A DNA stretch of 18,817 nucleotides from Armatimonadota bacterium. GTDB taxonomy: Bacteria > Armatimonadota > UBA5829 > DTLH01. The DNA is taken from assembly GCA_039680575.1 (NCBI GenBank), contig JBDKSP010000034.1:1-18817 (forward strand). The letters are read 5' to 3'. Of the stretch, positions 6,593 through 15,238 are shown one piece after another (within the stretch, counting starts at the first letter, position 1; every line of letters starts with the position of its first letter). The translations under genes and the position numbers were made by a program. The notes below the pieces were generated by a model. The model was given only the letters and a program-made list of their open reading frames with translations. It was not told the DNA's origin and searched no databases.

Positions 6593-9067
6593 TCAATCAT
6601 CCGACATGGACGTTCGGACCTTCTCTTTTTTCTCCCGTGGTGCAAAACCGTCTGTCGTGCCGAATTCCTTCACGCTATCGGCCATGTTTTGCAGCCTGTT
6701 GTTGACCAGGTAGTGGACGCTTCCTTCCGGGTATTGCCCGCCGGCATCTCTCTCCCCGGCGGGTACCCCGGTGAGGATTTCTATCCCTTCGTCGATAGTC
6801 TTCACCGGCCAGATGCTGAATTTGCCGTCCCTCACCGCCTGGATTACCTCATCTTTCAACATCAGGTGTCTGACGTTCTGGTGGGGGATCATTACTCCCT
6901 GCCTGCCGTTTAGACCTTTGGCTTTGCAGACCTCGAAGAACCCTTCGATCTTCCGGTTGACCCCTCCTATCGGCTGAACCTCGCCCCTCTGGTTCACCGA
7001 ACCCGTAATGGCGACCTCCTGCCTTATCGGAAGGTTCGCCAGACTCGACAGCAGCGTATAAAGCTCGGTGCTCGATGCTGAATCTCCCTCCACTTCTTCA
7101 TAGAGCTGCTCGAAAGCGATAGTAGCAGAGAGCACCAGCGGCCTGTCCTGGGCGTACATCCCGGTCAGGTAGCCGTTCAGGATCATGATCCCCTTGCTGT
7201 GGATGGGACCGCCCATTTCCGTCTCCCGCTGGATGTCTATTATCCCGCCGCGGCCTATTGCCGTCCGGCAGGTTATCCTGGAAGGCCTTCCGAATACGTA
7301 GTCCCCGATCGAGTAGATGGAAAGCCCGTTAGCCTGCCCGACAATCGAGCCTTCAGCGTCGATCATAATCACGCCTTCTTCGATCAGCCTCTGGATCTTG
7401 TCCTCTATCATCCGGGACCTGTATTCCTTCTGCTCCAGAGCTTTCTCCACATCCCCCGCCATCACATGTCCGTTGCCGTTTTGTCCCGCCCAATAGCTCG
7501 ATTCGGAGACGATATCGGAGATGTCGATAAACCTGGTGGAAATCCTGTCCTTATCTTCGATCAGTCTCGAACCGTATTCTACGATTTTCGCCACGGCGGA
7601 CTTGTCGAAGTGCTTCAGCCCGTATTTGTGGCACTGTTTGCTGATAAACTGCGCGTACTGGTAGACATGCGGGTTGTTTCTCTCCATCTCGATGTCGAAG
7701 TCGGCCTTCACTTTGAAGAGTTTTCGGAAATCGTCGTCGAGCTGGTAGAGGAGGTAATAAATTTGAGGGCTCCCGATCAGTATGACCTTTACATCCAGCG
7801 GAATCGACTCAGGTTTGGGGCTTGCGGTCGGAATAATGCCGTATTGCTCGGCGATATTCTCTACTTTTGCCTCTCTTGCCCTGAGAGCGCGTTTGAGACC
7901 ATCCCAGGAGAACGGGTTAATCAGCACATCGAGCGCCTGGATTATCAGATATCCCCCGTTCGCCCGCTGGAGCGCTCCGGTACGTATCAGATTGTGATCT
8001 GTGGTCAACATGCCGAACCTGGCTCGGTACTCTACTTTGCCCAACAGATTATAGTATGTCGGGTTGTTCTCCATTACCACTGGAGCGCCCTGCGTATCTT
8101 TGTTGTTCACGAAAATATTCACTTTATAGCGGTCGAATGCTGCTTCCGCGGCTTCCATGAGTCCCGGTATCTGCTGCATCTGAACCTGCCGCTTGTCCGT
8201 CTGCCTGAAATCCTCCACATGCTCTACTATATCGTCCTGAACATTCTGAAGGTAGCCCAGGATGTCCTTGCATTCCGCATCAGCCTCGCAGGCCATATAT
8301 TTGTGCCTCAGGTCTTCCAAGAGATGACCGACTGCGAATAGGGCGATCTCCTTATCCAGATCGTTTACCCGCTCCTGGGCTTCTTTCTCAAGCTGCCTCA
8401 TCCGGGAAACGACCTGGTTAATCATCTGTTCGAGCTGGTTGCTTTTTTCCTTGACCTGTTCTTTTTCTTCGTTGGGGAGCTTTTCGAACTCCTCCCGGCC
8501 AAGCGGCCTGCCGCCCGCGAGCGGCACTGTTACGATCCCTATCGGGCTCATCTCTATCGAGAAACCGAGCGCTGCTGCCTGCTGCTGAAGCCCCGTAAAT
8601 ATCGCATCGCGTTTCTGCTGAATCGCCTGCATCGTCTCGGCTTTCCGCTTCTCGTAGTTCTCGCTCTCGAACGCCCGGGGCAGTTCGGTGCGCGCGGTAG
8701 AGACCACCTGGTCCATATCGTCCGCGAACTCGGTTGCGCGTCCCGGCGACATTCGAATGGCGATAGGCCTCAAGGGATCGGCGAAGTTATAGACATAGAC
8801 CCAGTCGTATGGCACTGGTTCATTTTTAGCGTGCTGGTTGACAAACTCCTTGACGCTCGTGTTCTTTCCGGTCCCTGTCCGGCCGGTGACGAACAGATTG
8901 AACCCATGGGTATCTATGCCGAGCCCGAACTCGATGGATGTAATCGCCCTCTCCTGACCGATAGTTCCTTCGAGAGGCGGTACCTCTTCGGTGCTTTGGA
9001 AGTCGAACTGGTCTGGATCGAACGAATGCTTGAGTTCTCCCGGTGTAAGGGTGCGATATTGAACCAT
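6593..9067 (-). CDS. Lon-like S16 protease of LonC/AAA_32 type
   Basis: 824 aa. GQERA, P-loop GRTGTGK, long coiled-coil insertion, GALQRANGGYL, C-terminal Lon protease domain with Ser-Lys dyad (VEGDSASS; IGGVNRKIEGF). SD AAGGAG. Confidence 0.92.
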   Translation of the reverse strand: MVQYRTLTPGELKHSFDPDQFDFQSTEEVPPLEGTIGQERAITSIEFGLGIDTHGFNLFVTGRTGTGKNTSVKEFVNQHAKNEPVPYDWVYVYNFADPLRPIAIRMSPGRATEFADDMDQVVSTARTELPRAFESENYEKRKAETMQAIQQKRDAIFTGLQQQAAALGFSIEMSPIGIVTVPLAGGRPLGREEFEKLPNEEKEQVKEKSNQLEQMINQVVSRMRQLEKEAQERVNDLDKEIALFAVGHLLEDLRHKYMACEADAECKDILGYLQNVQDDIVEHVEDFRQTDKRQVQMQQIPGLMEAAEAAFDRYKVNIFVNNKDTQGAPVVMENNPTYYNLLGKVEYRARFGMLTTDHNLIRTGALQRANGGYLIIQALDVLINPFSWDGLKRALRAREAKVENIAEQYGIIPTASPKPESIPLDVKVILIGSPQIYYLLYQLDDDFRKLFKVKADFDIEMERNNPHVYQYAQFISKQCHKYGLKHFDKSAVAKIVEYGSRLIEDKDRISTRFIDISDIVSESSYWAGQNGNGHVMAGDVEKALEQKEYRSRMIEDKIQRLIEEGVIMIDAEGSIVGQANGLSIYSIGDYVFGRPSRITCRTAIGRGGIIDIQRETEMGGPIHSKGIMILNGYLTGMYAQDRPLVLSATIAFEQLYEEVEGDSASSTELYTLLSSLANLPIRQEVAITGSVNQRGEVQPIGGVNRKIEGFFEVCKAKGLNGRQGVMIPHQNVRHLMLKDEVIQAVRDGKFSIWPVKTIDEGIEILTGVPAGERDAGGQYPEGSVHYLVNNRLQNMADSVKEFGTTDGFAPREKKEKVRTSMSDD

Positions 9068-9127
9068 TGACTTCTCCTTCTGAAAAGAGTGAATCTCCGT
9101 GTTAAACTCTATGCAGCGTTTAATTAC

Positions 9128-9154
9128 ATACCCCTTCCGATTTCATGTGGAAAC
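9128..9154 (-). promoter_or_regulatory. SigB/SigF-type promoter upstream of lonC-like gene
   Basis: Minus strand GTTT (9154-9151), 17 nt, GGGTAT (9133-9128). Confidence 0.6.
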
Positions 9155-9163
9155 TTGCACCAC

Positions 9164-10249
9164 TCATACCTCGGCCCTTCCTGAAACAATCTGTTCCGCC
9201 TCTTCCGCGAGGTGGTTTTCTTCTGATCCGATGCGTGGTTCTATATAAAACTTATTTACTATCGTTTTAGCCACAGCAGCGGTCGGTACGGCCAGGAAGA
9301 CCCCCACCAGGCCGTATATACCGCCCATTACAAGTATAAAGAAGATAATGGAGAGTGGGTGCTGCCTCAACTTTCCGCCCATAACCAGAGGGACAAGCAC
9401 GTTGCTCTCAAACTGCTGGATGATTGTGTAAATTACAACCACCCACAGGGCAAAGATAGGGTTCTGAACAAGCGCAATGAGGACTGGCGGCGCTGCTGCG
9501 GCTATCGGCCCGAGTATCGGCACCAGCTCAAGCACACCAGCGAGCACAGCAAAAAGAAACGCAGCTTTGAATCCGAGTATCGTCAGGGCGATCCATGTGA
9601 GGATAAATATCAGGAACATATTGATGAGTGTACCTAAGATCCATGCCCGCATCTGCAAGGAAATGGATTGAACAGTATCTATGACTTTCTGACGCGGTTC
9701 CGGCGGGAAAAGCGCGAGGAACCCCTGCACGATAGGCCGTGGATTCGAGATAGCAAAGATGGTGCTGATAAATACAATAAGCAGACTGACGAGCAGGTTG
9801 GCAAAGCTGAGCGCGTATCCGGCAAGTCCGCCCAGAAACGGGCCTATCCGCCGGATTCCTTCACCAGCCAGCATATCTGCCGAGGGTATGCGTTTTGCTG
9901 CGCCCGGCATCTCTCTGCGGAGCCATCCCTGCAAGTGATCGATGTATGAGGGAAAGTCAGCGGCAAACCCGGAAAACTGCTCGGCCAGACGAGGAACGAC
10001 AAACCAGATAAAAAGAAAGATTGCGCTCAACCCCAGGAGTGCGATGACAGACGCTGAAAGGATTCGCGGCACCCTGTACCGTTCCAGCCAGCTCACCAGC
10101 GGGTTCAGAATGAGCGACACCAGCACAATTATACCGAAAACGAGTATGATCCCGGCAATGGCATCGATGAATTTGATCGCCAGATAGACGAATGCAGCAA
10201 AAAGAACGGCATGCCTCAGGTCCACTGCCGTCAGATGTTTTTCCTCCAT
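9164..10249 (-). CDS. AI-2E family (UPF0118/PerM) transporter
   Basis: 361 aa, multiple TM helices. LNPLVSWLE, LELVPILGP, IQQFESNVLVPLVMG...QHP and GLVGVFLAVP are typical family motifs. Confidence 0.93.
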   Translation of the reverse strand: MEEKHLTAVDLRHAVLFAAFVYLAIKFIDAIAGIILVFGIIVLVSLILNPLVSWLERYRVPRILSASVIALLGLSAIFLFIWFVVPRLAEQFSGFAADFPSYIDHLQGWLRREMPGAAKRIPSADMLAGEGIRRIGPFLGGLAGYALSFANLLVSLLIVFISTIFAISNPRPIVQGFLALFPPEPRQKVIDTVQSISLQMRAWILGTLINMFLIFILTWIALTILGFKAAFLFAVLAGVLELVPILGPIAAAAPPVLIALVQNPIFALWVVVIYTIIQQFESNVLVPLVMGGKLRQHPLSIIFFILVMGGIYGLVGVFLAVPTAAVAKTIVNKFYIEPRIGSEENHLAEEAEQIVSGRAEV

Positions 10250-10270
10250 AGTCTTGCACCTGCAGAGGTC

Positions 10271-10296
10271 TTACCCCACCGGAAATAGCGGCAAAC
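10271..10296 (-). promoter_or_regulatory. SigB/SigF-type promoter upstream of AI-2E gene
   Basis: Minus strand GTTT (10296-10293), 16 nt, GGGTAA (10276-10271), ~20 nt before the ATG. Confidence 0.6.
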
Positions 10297-10322
10297 GGAA
10301 AGGATTTAGACGAAACCACAAC

Positions 10323-11816
10323 TCACGGCTTGACGAGCGGATCGGCAGGGCGCCCGTATTCGTCCAGTGTACCTGCTACTAAAGGTTTTATGACTTTCAG
10401 CTTGTTTTCGGCCTTGGCGAGCGCCTTTCGCACCTCCGGCGGAATTGTCCAGTTGGCCGGAAGGCAGATTTCGGAATATCTCGACAAAATAGCCGGGTCA
10501 GCAGCTATCGCATAGTCGGAAAGCACATCCACACATTGCTTTCCACCATCCGACAGTGTTTCGTAGGCAGGCAGATACTGATCGACAGAAGCTGTTTTAT
10601 TGATCAAGTCCCAGGTCGAGACATAGATAGCTTTATCCGGCCTGGGGTTGGCCGAAGGTTTCCTTGCAAGTTTTCCAAGGAAGTGCAGAAACGGCCATTT
10701 GTCGTCATCTCTGATGCTTGAGAGGTCCCAGTTAGCTATGACAGCGGCGGCAGCGCCATGTTCGAACGCGCGCACTCCCTGGTTGAAGTAGCGGCCGTTC
10801 GTAGCTGCCGCATGGCTTGCCGCGTCTATCTCGCTCGATACCATTTTGCCCTGAGCGGAACACCGGGCATAGTCCATCGAGAAGGCATGGTCGAAATCGG
10901 GCGCATCCGCCATAAAAAGCCAGTCCATCCTGCGCATAAGCCGACCGATATCCATCGTGCGCCTATGGGGATTGTCCCAGATACACCCTGCCTGGAGCCC
11001 CACGGGGATACTCGATGCTTTATGCACCGTATCAGCGATCGAACCGAGCGCTCTTTCGAGAGTAAACTCGAAATAAAGCTGTTTCGCGGTGTTATGAGCA
11101 TCGGCCAGTCTGATTTCCCGCCAGGACTTATAGCTTCGACCCCATTTTGCATTGAGGTCCGCAAGGGACTTGTAGTAAGACCTGATCCATGTTGAAAAAT
11201 CGGCCTGAGCTGCCGGCGAGTAGTCCACATCGGCATCCGGGAAGTAACCGCTCTCCATATAAAGACTGAATGCGGGAGACAGCGCCACGACTGGGCATTC
11301 GCCGGAGGCAGTGTGCCTGTAACGCAAGCCGTAATGCTCCGCTGTCGACCTGCAGAAGCTCGTGATGCGCCGAAGGACTACTGGATGTGCAAGCGACGGA
11401 AGCGTCGCTCCATCGGTCGACCGGCGGTAGACACTGCCATCCGGGGTCCGCTGGAGCATATCATCGGTCAGCCACTTGGGTGATTGCCCGCCGATGGTCG
11501 TGATGTTGATCCTGATGAAGACCGACATTCCGCGCGAGACTATATAATCGATCCGTTTGTCGGCTTCGGTGAAATCGCACCGGCCGTCCGCTGACATGAT
11601 ACTCCACGGCACGTCTATACTGATCGAGTTCATGCCTTTTTCTTTGCTCTCGTCCACGAACTTCTGGAAGAGTGACAGGTCTTTGGCTGTCGGCCACCAG
11701 GAGAAGACCGTATCGGCGTAATATCTGCGTCCCGGGGTCATCGAACCGGCTGCGAGGGCACAGGATGCAACAACGAGAACCGCAATTCCACAGGATATGG
11801 CGTGTTTTAGTCGCAT
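10323..11816 (-). CDS. Exported glycoside hydrolase, GH42 (beta-galactosidase)-like TIM barrel
   Basis: Signal peptide. GMNSISIDVPWS..DGRCDF, PKWL and DYSPAAQADFSTWIRSYYKSLADLNAKWGRSYKSWREI resemble GH42 catalytic-domain motifs. Candidate catalytic Glu in YMESG and SSEID. Confidence 0.7.
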   Translation of the reverse strand: MRLKHAISCGIAVLVVASCALAAGSMTPGRRYYADTVFSWWPTAKDLSLFQKFVDESKEKGMNSISIDVPWSIMSADGRCDFTEADKRIDYIVSRGMSVFIRINITTIGGQSPKWLTDDMLQRTPDGSVYRRSTDGATLPSLAHPVVLRRITSFCRSTAEHYGLRYRHTASGECPVVALSPAFSLYMESGYFPDADVDYSPAAQADFSTWIRSYYKSLADLNAKWGRSYKSWREIRLADAHNTAKQLYFEFTLERALGSIADTVHKASSIPVGLQAGCIWDNPHRRTMDIGRLMRRMDWLFMADAPDFDHAFSMDYARCSAQGKMVSSEIDAASHAAATNGRYFNQGVRAFEHGAAAAVIANWDLSSIRDDDKWPFLHFLGKLARKPSANPRPDKAIYVSTWDLINKTASVDQYLPAYETLSDGGKQCVDVLSDYAIAADPAILSRYSEICLPANWTIPPEVRKALAKAENKLKVIKPLVAGTLDEYGRPADPLVKP

Positions 11817-11877
11817 AACGGGGTACCTTCCTTGGCATTTGTCAACTAGCGAAGCATGTTACTGCACAACTTGATCC

Positions 11878-11906
11878 AATCTACATTAATATTTTCACTT
11901 AGTCAA
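11878..11906 (-). promoter_or_regulatory. sigma70-type promoter of the glycoside hydrolase gene
   Basis: Minus strand TTGACT (11906-11901), 17 nt, TAGATT (11883-11878). Confidence 0.6.
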
Positions 11907-11946
11907 GCCTGATCTGCACCCAATCAAACTTTGAATGCACACTCGA

Positions 11947-11975
11947 TTGACACGGTGTTGGCCCGATGCTATTCT
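11947..11975 (+). promoter_or_regulatory. sigma70-type promoter, divergent, upstream of the 12143 gene
   Basis: TTGACA (11947-11952), 17 nt, TGc-TATTCT (extended -10; hexamer 11970-11975). Confidence 0.65.
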
Positions 11976-12142
11976 TATACTTAATGGGTTTTGGCTGAAA
12001 TGATATTTATTACTCGTTACATCAACCGCCAAAACTCTGTAGATCGACCGGATGCTTCCATAACACATCTTCACCCTCTTTAATTCGTGAAACGAGTGGA
12101 TTTTTGGCAAAGCATGAGTAATACGGCTAGAGGAGATTAGCC

Positions 12143-13291
12143 TTGAGACTCTATCGAGTGCTCTTTGTAAGCGGACTACTTATGTTCCTGTGTATCCAAC
12201 CACGGATACCGGCCGAACGCGCTGCCGGAACAAAGGATATCAGTGACGAAGCGGGAGCCTCGCTGAACCTGGTCTGGAAACGGCCCCTAGGAGTCCCGGT
12301 CTCCTTATCAAGCTCCCCAAACGGCAAATACATAGTCTTCGTGAGCAAAGATGGGAAACTCCTGTGCCTGGGAGACGGCGGGAAAACCGTTTGGAAGCTG
12401 CTTCTTCCTGGAATCGACTGTGCTGCAGTCGGCACGGATGGTTCCGCAATCGCATTCTCCTATCTGAACCTCATAGACACTACAGCCTATTTTATATCGC
12501 CATCCGGTAAGTTGCTCTGGCGGCACAGCGTGAAAGGCGCAGTCTGGAGTGCCTCTGCATCAGAAGAGCCCGGCAGATTCGCCGTCGGCACCGGCGAGCG
12601 CTATTGCTACATCTATACGATCTCCGAACGCAGACACCGCTATAGAAGGTGGAAGCTGGCCGGGGTGCCGAACTCCATCAAATTCTCGGCGGATGGAAAT
12701 TCCGTCATATTCGGTTCCTGGCAGGACGCAGGGGTCGGCGCTTACAGCCTGGAAGGCACTAAAATGGCATGGCATTCCGGAAAACCCGACCGGCTCTACA
12801 GTGTGGATATTTCACCATCCGGGGATTTCGCGCTGGTCACTGCCAGACCGAACCGCAATTCGCCTGAATGCTCTGTCCACCTCAAAGATGCCGGGCTGAA
12901 CGAGCTATGGGTAAAGGAGTTCCAGGGCTACGGGTTGACCGCCGACCTCGACCGCGCTGGCAGGTTCGTCGCGGTCGGCTATCAAAAGTCCATCGTACAC
13001 AAGGACAAAGAAGTCCAGGAAAACCACATCGTTCTTCTCGACCGCAGTGGGAAGCTGGTATGGGAAAAAGGCGGCATGTTCGGTGACTGGAACCTGCTGC
13101 AGGCCTGTGCAGACGGACGCCTGCTGCTCTACGACAACACCGGGCATATTTACATCCTGAGCAGGTCCGGTAAAGTGCTCCTGCGGGACAAACTCCCCGC
13201 AACCGTCCGCAAATTCGTCCGAATACCCTCAAGAACTACCGTCGTCATAAGCTGCGGCGACGGCCAGTTATACAGGTACGCCGTCAGGTAA
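12143..13291 (+). CDS. Exported beta-propeller repeat protein (WD40/PQQ-like)
   Basis: TTG start with SD GAGGAG and a signal-like N-terminus. Repeated blades SSPNGKYI, SPSGKLLW, FSADGNSV, ISPSGDFA, DRSGKLVW, SRSGKVL. Confidence 0.8.
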   Translation: MRLYRVLFVSGLLMFLCIQPRIPAERAAGTKDISDEAGASLNLVWKRPLGVPVSLSSSPNGKYIVFVSKDGKLLCLGDGGKTVWKLLLPGIDCAAVGTDGSAIAFSYLNLIDTTAYFISPSGKLLWRHSVKGAVWSASASEEPGRFAVGTGERYCYIYTISERRHRYRRWKLAGVPNSIKFSADGNSVIFGSWQDAGVGAYSLEGTKMAWHSGKPDRLYSVDISPSGDFALVTARPNRNSPECSVHLKDAGLNELWVKEFQGYGLTADLDRAGRFVAVGYQKSIVHKDKEVQENHIVLLDRSGKLVWEKGGMFGDWNLLQACADGRLLLYDNTGHIYILSRSGKVLLRDKLPATVRKFVRIPSRTTVVISCGDGQLYRYAVR

Positions 13292-13379
13292 TTTTCAGCA
13301 CGACGATGGTGCGGGCATCCAGCTCTCTCTCGGGCTGTCGCTTCCGCACTCCAAATTCTGTTCCCAACTGCTCCTCCGC

Positions 13380-13408
13380 TTGACGCTTATCGGAGCTAAC
13401 ACTAAAAT
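13380..13408 (+). promoter_or_regulatory. sigma70-type promoter upstream of mtaB
   Basis: TTGACG (13380-13385), 17 nt, TAAAAT (13403-13408). Confidence 0.7.
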
Positions 13409-13430
13409 ATGCTTGGATCTCGACTGATTC

Positions 13431-13470
13431 GCGGGCTGACTTTGCGGCCCGCTTGTTTTTTGTTTTGTTT
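13431..13470 (+). terminator. Intrinsic terminator immediately 5' of mtaB
   Basis: gcgggctg-actttg-cggcccgc (8 bp, one G-U) followed by ttgttttttgttttgttt. Confidence 0.75.
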
Positions 13471-13473
13471 ATT

Positions 13474-14715
13474 ATGCCTACAGTTGCTTATTACACGCTC
13501 GGATGCAAGGTCAACCATTACGAAACGGAGAAAATCCGTGAGAAACTCGAGGAAAGCGGTTTCTCGACGGTAAGCTTCGCTGCGCCTGCCGACGTCTACA
13601 TCATAAACAGTTGCACCGTCACGGGTACGGCCGACGCCAAGTCCAGAAGGGCAATCCGCCAGGCCATAAGGCACAACCCCAAGGCTTTCGTCATCGCTAC
13701 GGGCTGCTACGCCGAGCTTGAGCCTGTACAAGTCGCTGAAATCGAAGGTGTCGATCTCGTAGTCGGCAACGGTGAGAAAGACTCGATCCCTGAGAGGCTC
13801 ATTGCCCGGTTCCCCGGCCTGATTGGAGACGGTCACGCCGTCCGCCCGAGGGTCAGAACCCGCGCGGTCGTCAAAGTTCAGGACGGCTGCAGCCAGTTCT
13901 GCGCCTACTGCGCCGTGCCTTATGCGAGGAGCAGGGAGTGGAGCAGGAGTATTCCCGATGTGCTGAGCGAACTTAGCGCGCTGGCCGGATTCGGGTATAA
14001 GGAAGTTGTCCTGGCCGGTATAAGGCTCGGCTCGTATAAGCCGGGGCTGGCGAAACTGATCCGCGCGGCGGCTGAGATAGACGGAATAGAACGTATCAGG
14101 TTGAGCTCGATAGAGGTTTGGGAGATCGACGACGAGATCCTGTCCGTATTGTCGGAGAGCCCTAAGGTCTGCCGTCATCTCCACGTTCCGCTCCAAAGCG
14201 GGGACGGGGGAGTGCTGAAAGGCATGCACAGGCCGTATACGCCGGAGGAATATGCCGGGACAGTCCGAAAAGCGCGCGAAGCCGTTCCCGAACTGGGACT
14301 TACGACAGATGTAATGGTAGGATTTCCAGGCGAGTCGGAAGATGCGTCCGAGCGGTCTTTCGAGTTCGTCCGGCAGATGGGCTTTACCCGGCTCCATGTG
14401 TTCAGATACTCGCCCCGGAAAGGGACTGAAGCAGCCAAAATGCCGGGACAGGTTCCAGAGTCGGAAAAGACCCGGCGGAGCGAAAAGATGATAGGACTCG
14501 GGACTCTCCAAGCCCGGCAGTTCGCCGAACGATTGTTGAACCGCACAATTAATGTCCTTGTCGAGGCGAAACGGCCTGAGGTTCTGACGGGACTAACCGA
14601 TAATTATGTCGAAGTCCGATTCACCGGGAGCGAACGCCTTCGCGGAAAGATCGTCCCTGTGAGGATAGATCGAGTCTCCGAAGACGGAACCGCAATCGGG
14701 GAGATGCAAAGATGA
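13474..14715 (+). CDS. mtaB: tRNA t6A37 methylthiotransferase MtaB (radical SAM)
   Basis: UPF0004 cysteines TLGCKVN, INSCTVT and TGCYA; radical SAM motif KVQDGCSQFCAYC; RIRLSSIE; HLHVPLQSG; C-terminal TRAM-like GLTDNY. ATG 13474 preferred over TTG 13453. Confidence 0.95.
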   Translation: MPTVAYYTLGCKVNHYETEKIREKLEESGFSTVSFAAPADVYIINSCTVTGTADAKSRRAIRQAIRHNPKAFVIATGCYAELEPVQVAEIEGVDLVVGNGEKDSIPERLIARFPGLIGDGHAVRPRVRTRAVVKVQDGCSQFCAYCAVPYARSREWSRSIPDVLSELSALAGFGYKEVVLAGIRLGSYKPGLAKLIRAAAEIDGIERIRLSSIEVWEIDDEILSVLSESPKVCRHLHVPLQSGDGGVLKGMHRPYTPEEYAGTVRKAREAVPELGLTTDVMVGFPGESEDASERSFEFVRQMGFTRLHVFRYSPRKGTEAAKMPGQVPESEKTRRSEKMIGLGTLQARQFAERLLNRTINVLVEAKRPEVLTGLTDNYVEVRFTGSERLRGKIVPVRIDRVSEDGTAIGEMQR

Positions 14716-15056
14716 CAGATTGTATTTTCTGCAAAATTGCAAAAGGTGAGATCGGGAAACTGGTCTACGAGGACGATAAGGTCGCCGCGTTCAACGATTT
14801 GAACCCGCAAGCGCCGGTACATATCCTTATCGTGCCGAAAAAGCACATCGAAAAGATCGCGGATATAACTGACGGAGAAGATGCATGCCTCATCGGGCAT
14901 ATTTTCGCCGTAGCCGGTAAACTCGCGAAAGAGCGAGGCATAGCAGAACCGGGCTACAGAGTGGTTACGAACAACGGAGAGGCTGCGGGGCAGTCTGTCT
15001 GGCATATTCACTTCCATCTGTTGGGCGGGCGAGAGCTCGGATGGCCTCCGGGTTAG
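14712..15056 (+). CDS. hinT: Histidine triad (HIT) nucleotide-binding protein
   Basis: DCIFCKI, PQAPVHILIVPK, GQSVWHIHFHLLGG. ATGA overlap with the mtaB stop codon. Confidence 0.95.
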   Translation: MTDCIFCKIAKGEIGKLVYEDDKVAAFNDLNPQAPVHILIVPKKHIEKIADITDGEDACLIGHIFAVAGKLAKERGIAEPGYRVVTNNGEAAGQSVWHIHFHLLGGRELGWPPG

Positions 15057-15057
15057 C

Positions 15058-15087
15058 TTGACACTGTGCATCCGCGGCGGGTATAAT
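15058..15087 (+). promoter_or_regulatory. sigma70 promoter of rpsU
   Basis: TTGACA (15058-15063), 18 nt, TATAAT (15082-15087), both perfect consensus. Confidence 0.8.
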
Positions 15088-15238
15088 GTCATTTGACACA
15101 AGAAGAGAATACTGCGAACGGCTAGAGGGTATGTGGTCCAAACGGAATTGGCTATTAGCTATTTAATTATTACTGCCAATCCTCCTTACCCGCGACGCGT
15201 GCTAAAAAGCCGAGCGCATTCAGGAGGAGGGATTATGG

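Noticed and set aside
7199..8341. 380-aa antisense ORF
   Set aside because: Shadow frame within the lonC-like gene with non-protein-like composition.
11895..12110. 71-aa minus-strand ORF between the divergent promoters
   Set aside because: TTG start, overlaps promoter elements and has no motifs.
13402..14511. 369-aa antisense ORF
   Set aside because: Shadow of mtaB with no motifs.
15093..15125. Second TTGACA as a tandem rpsU promoter
   Set aside because: No -10 hexamer at 16-18 nt spacing.
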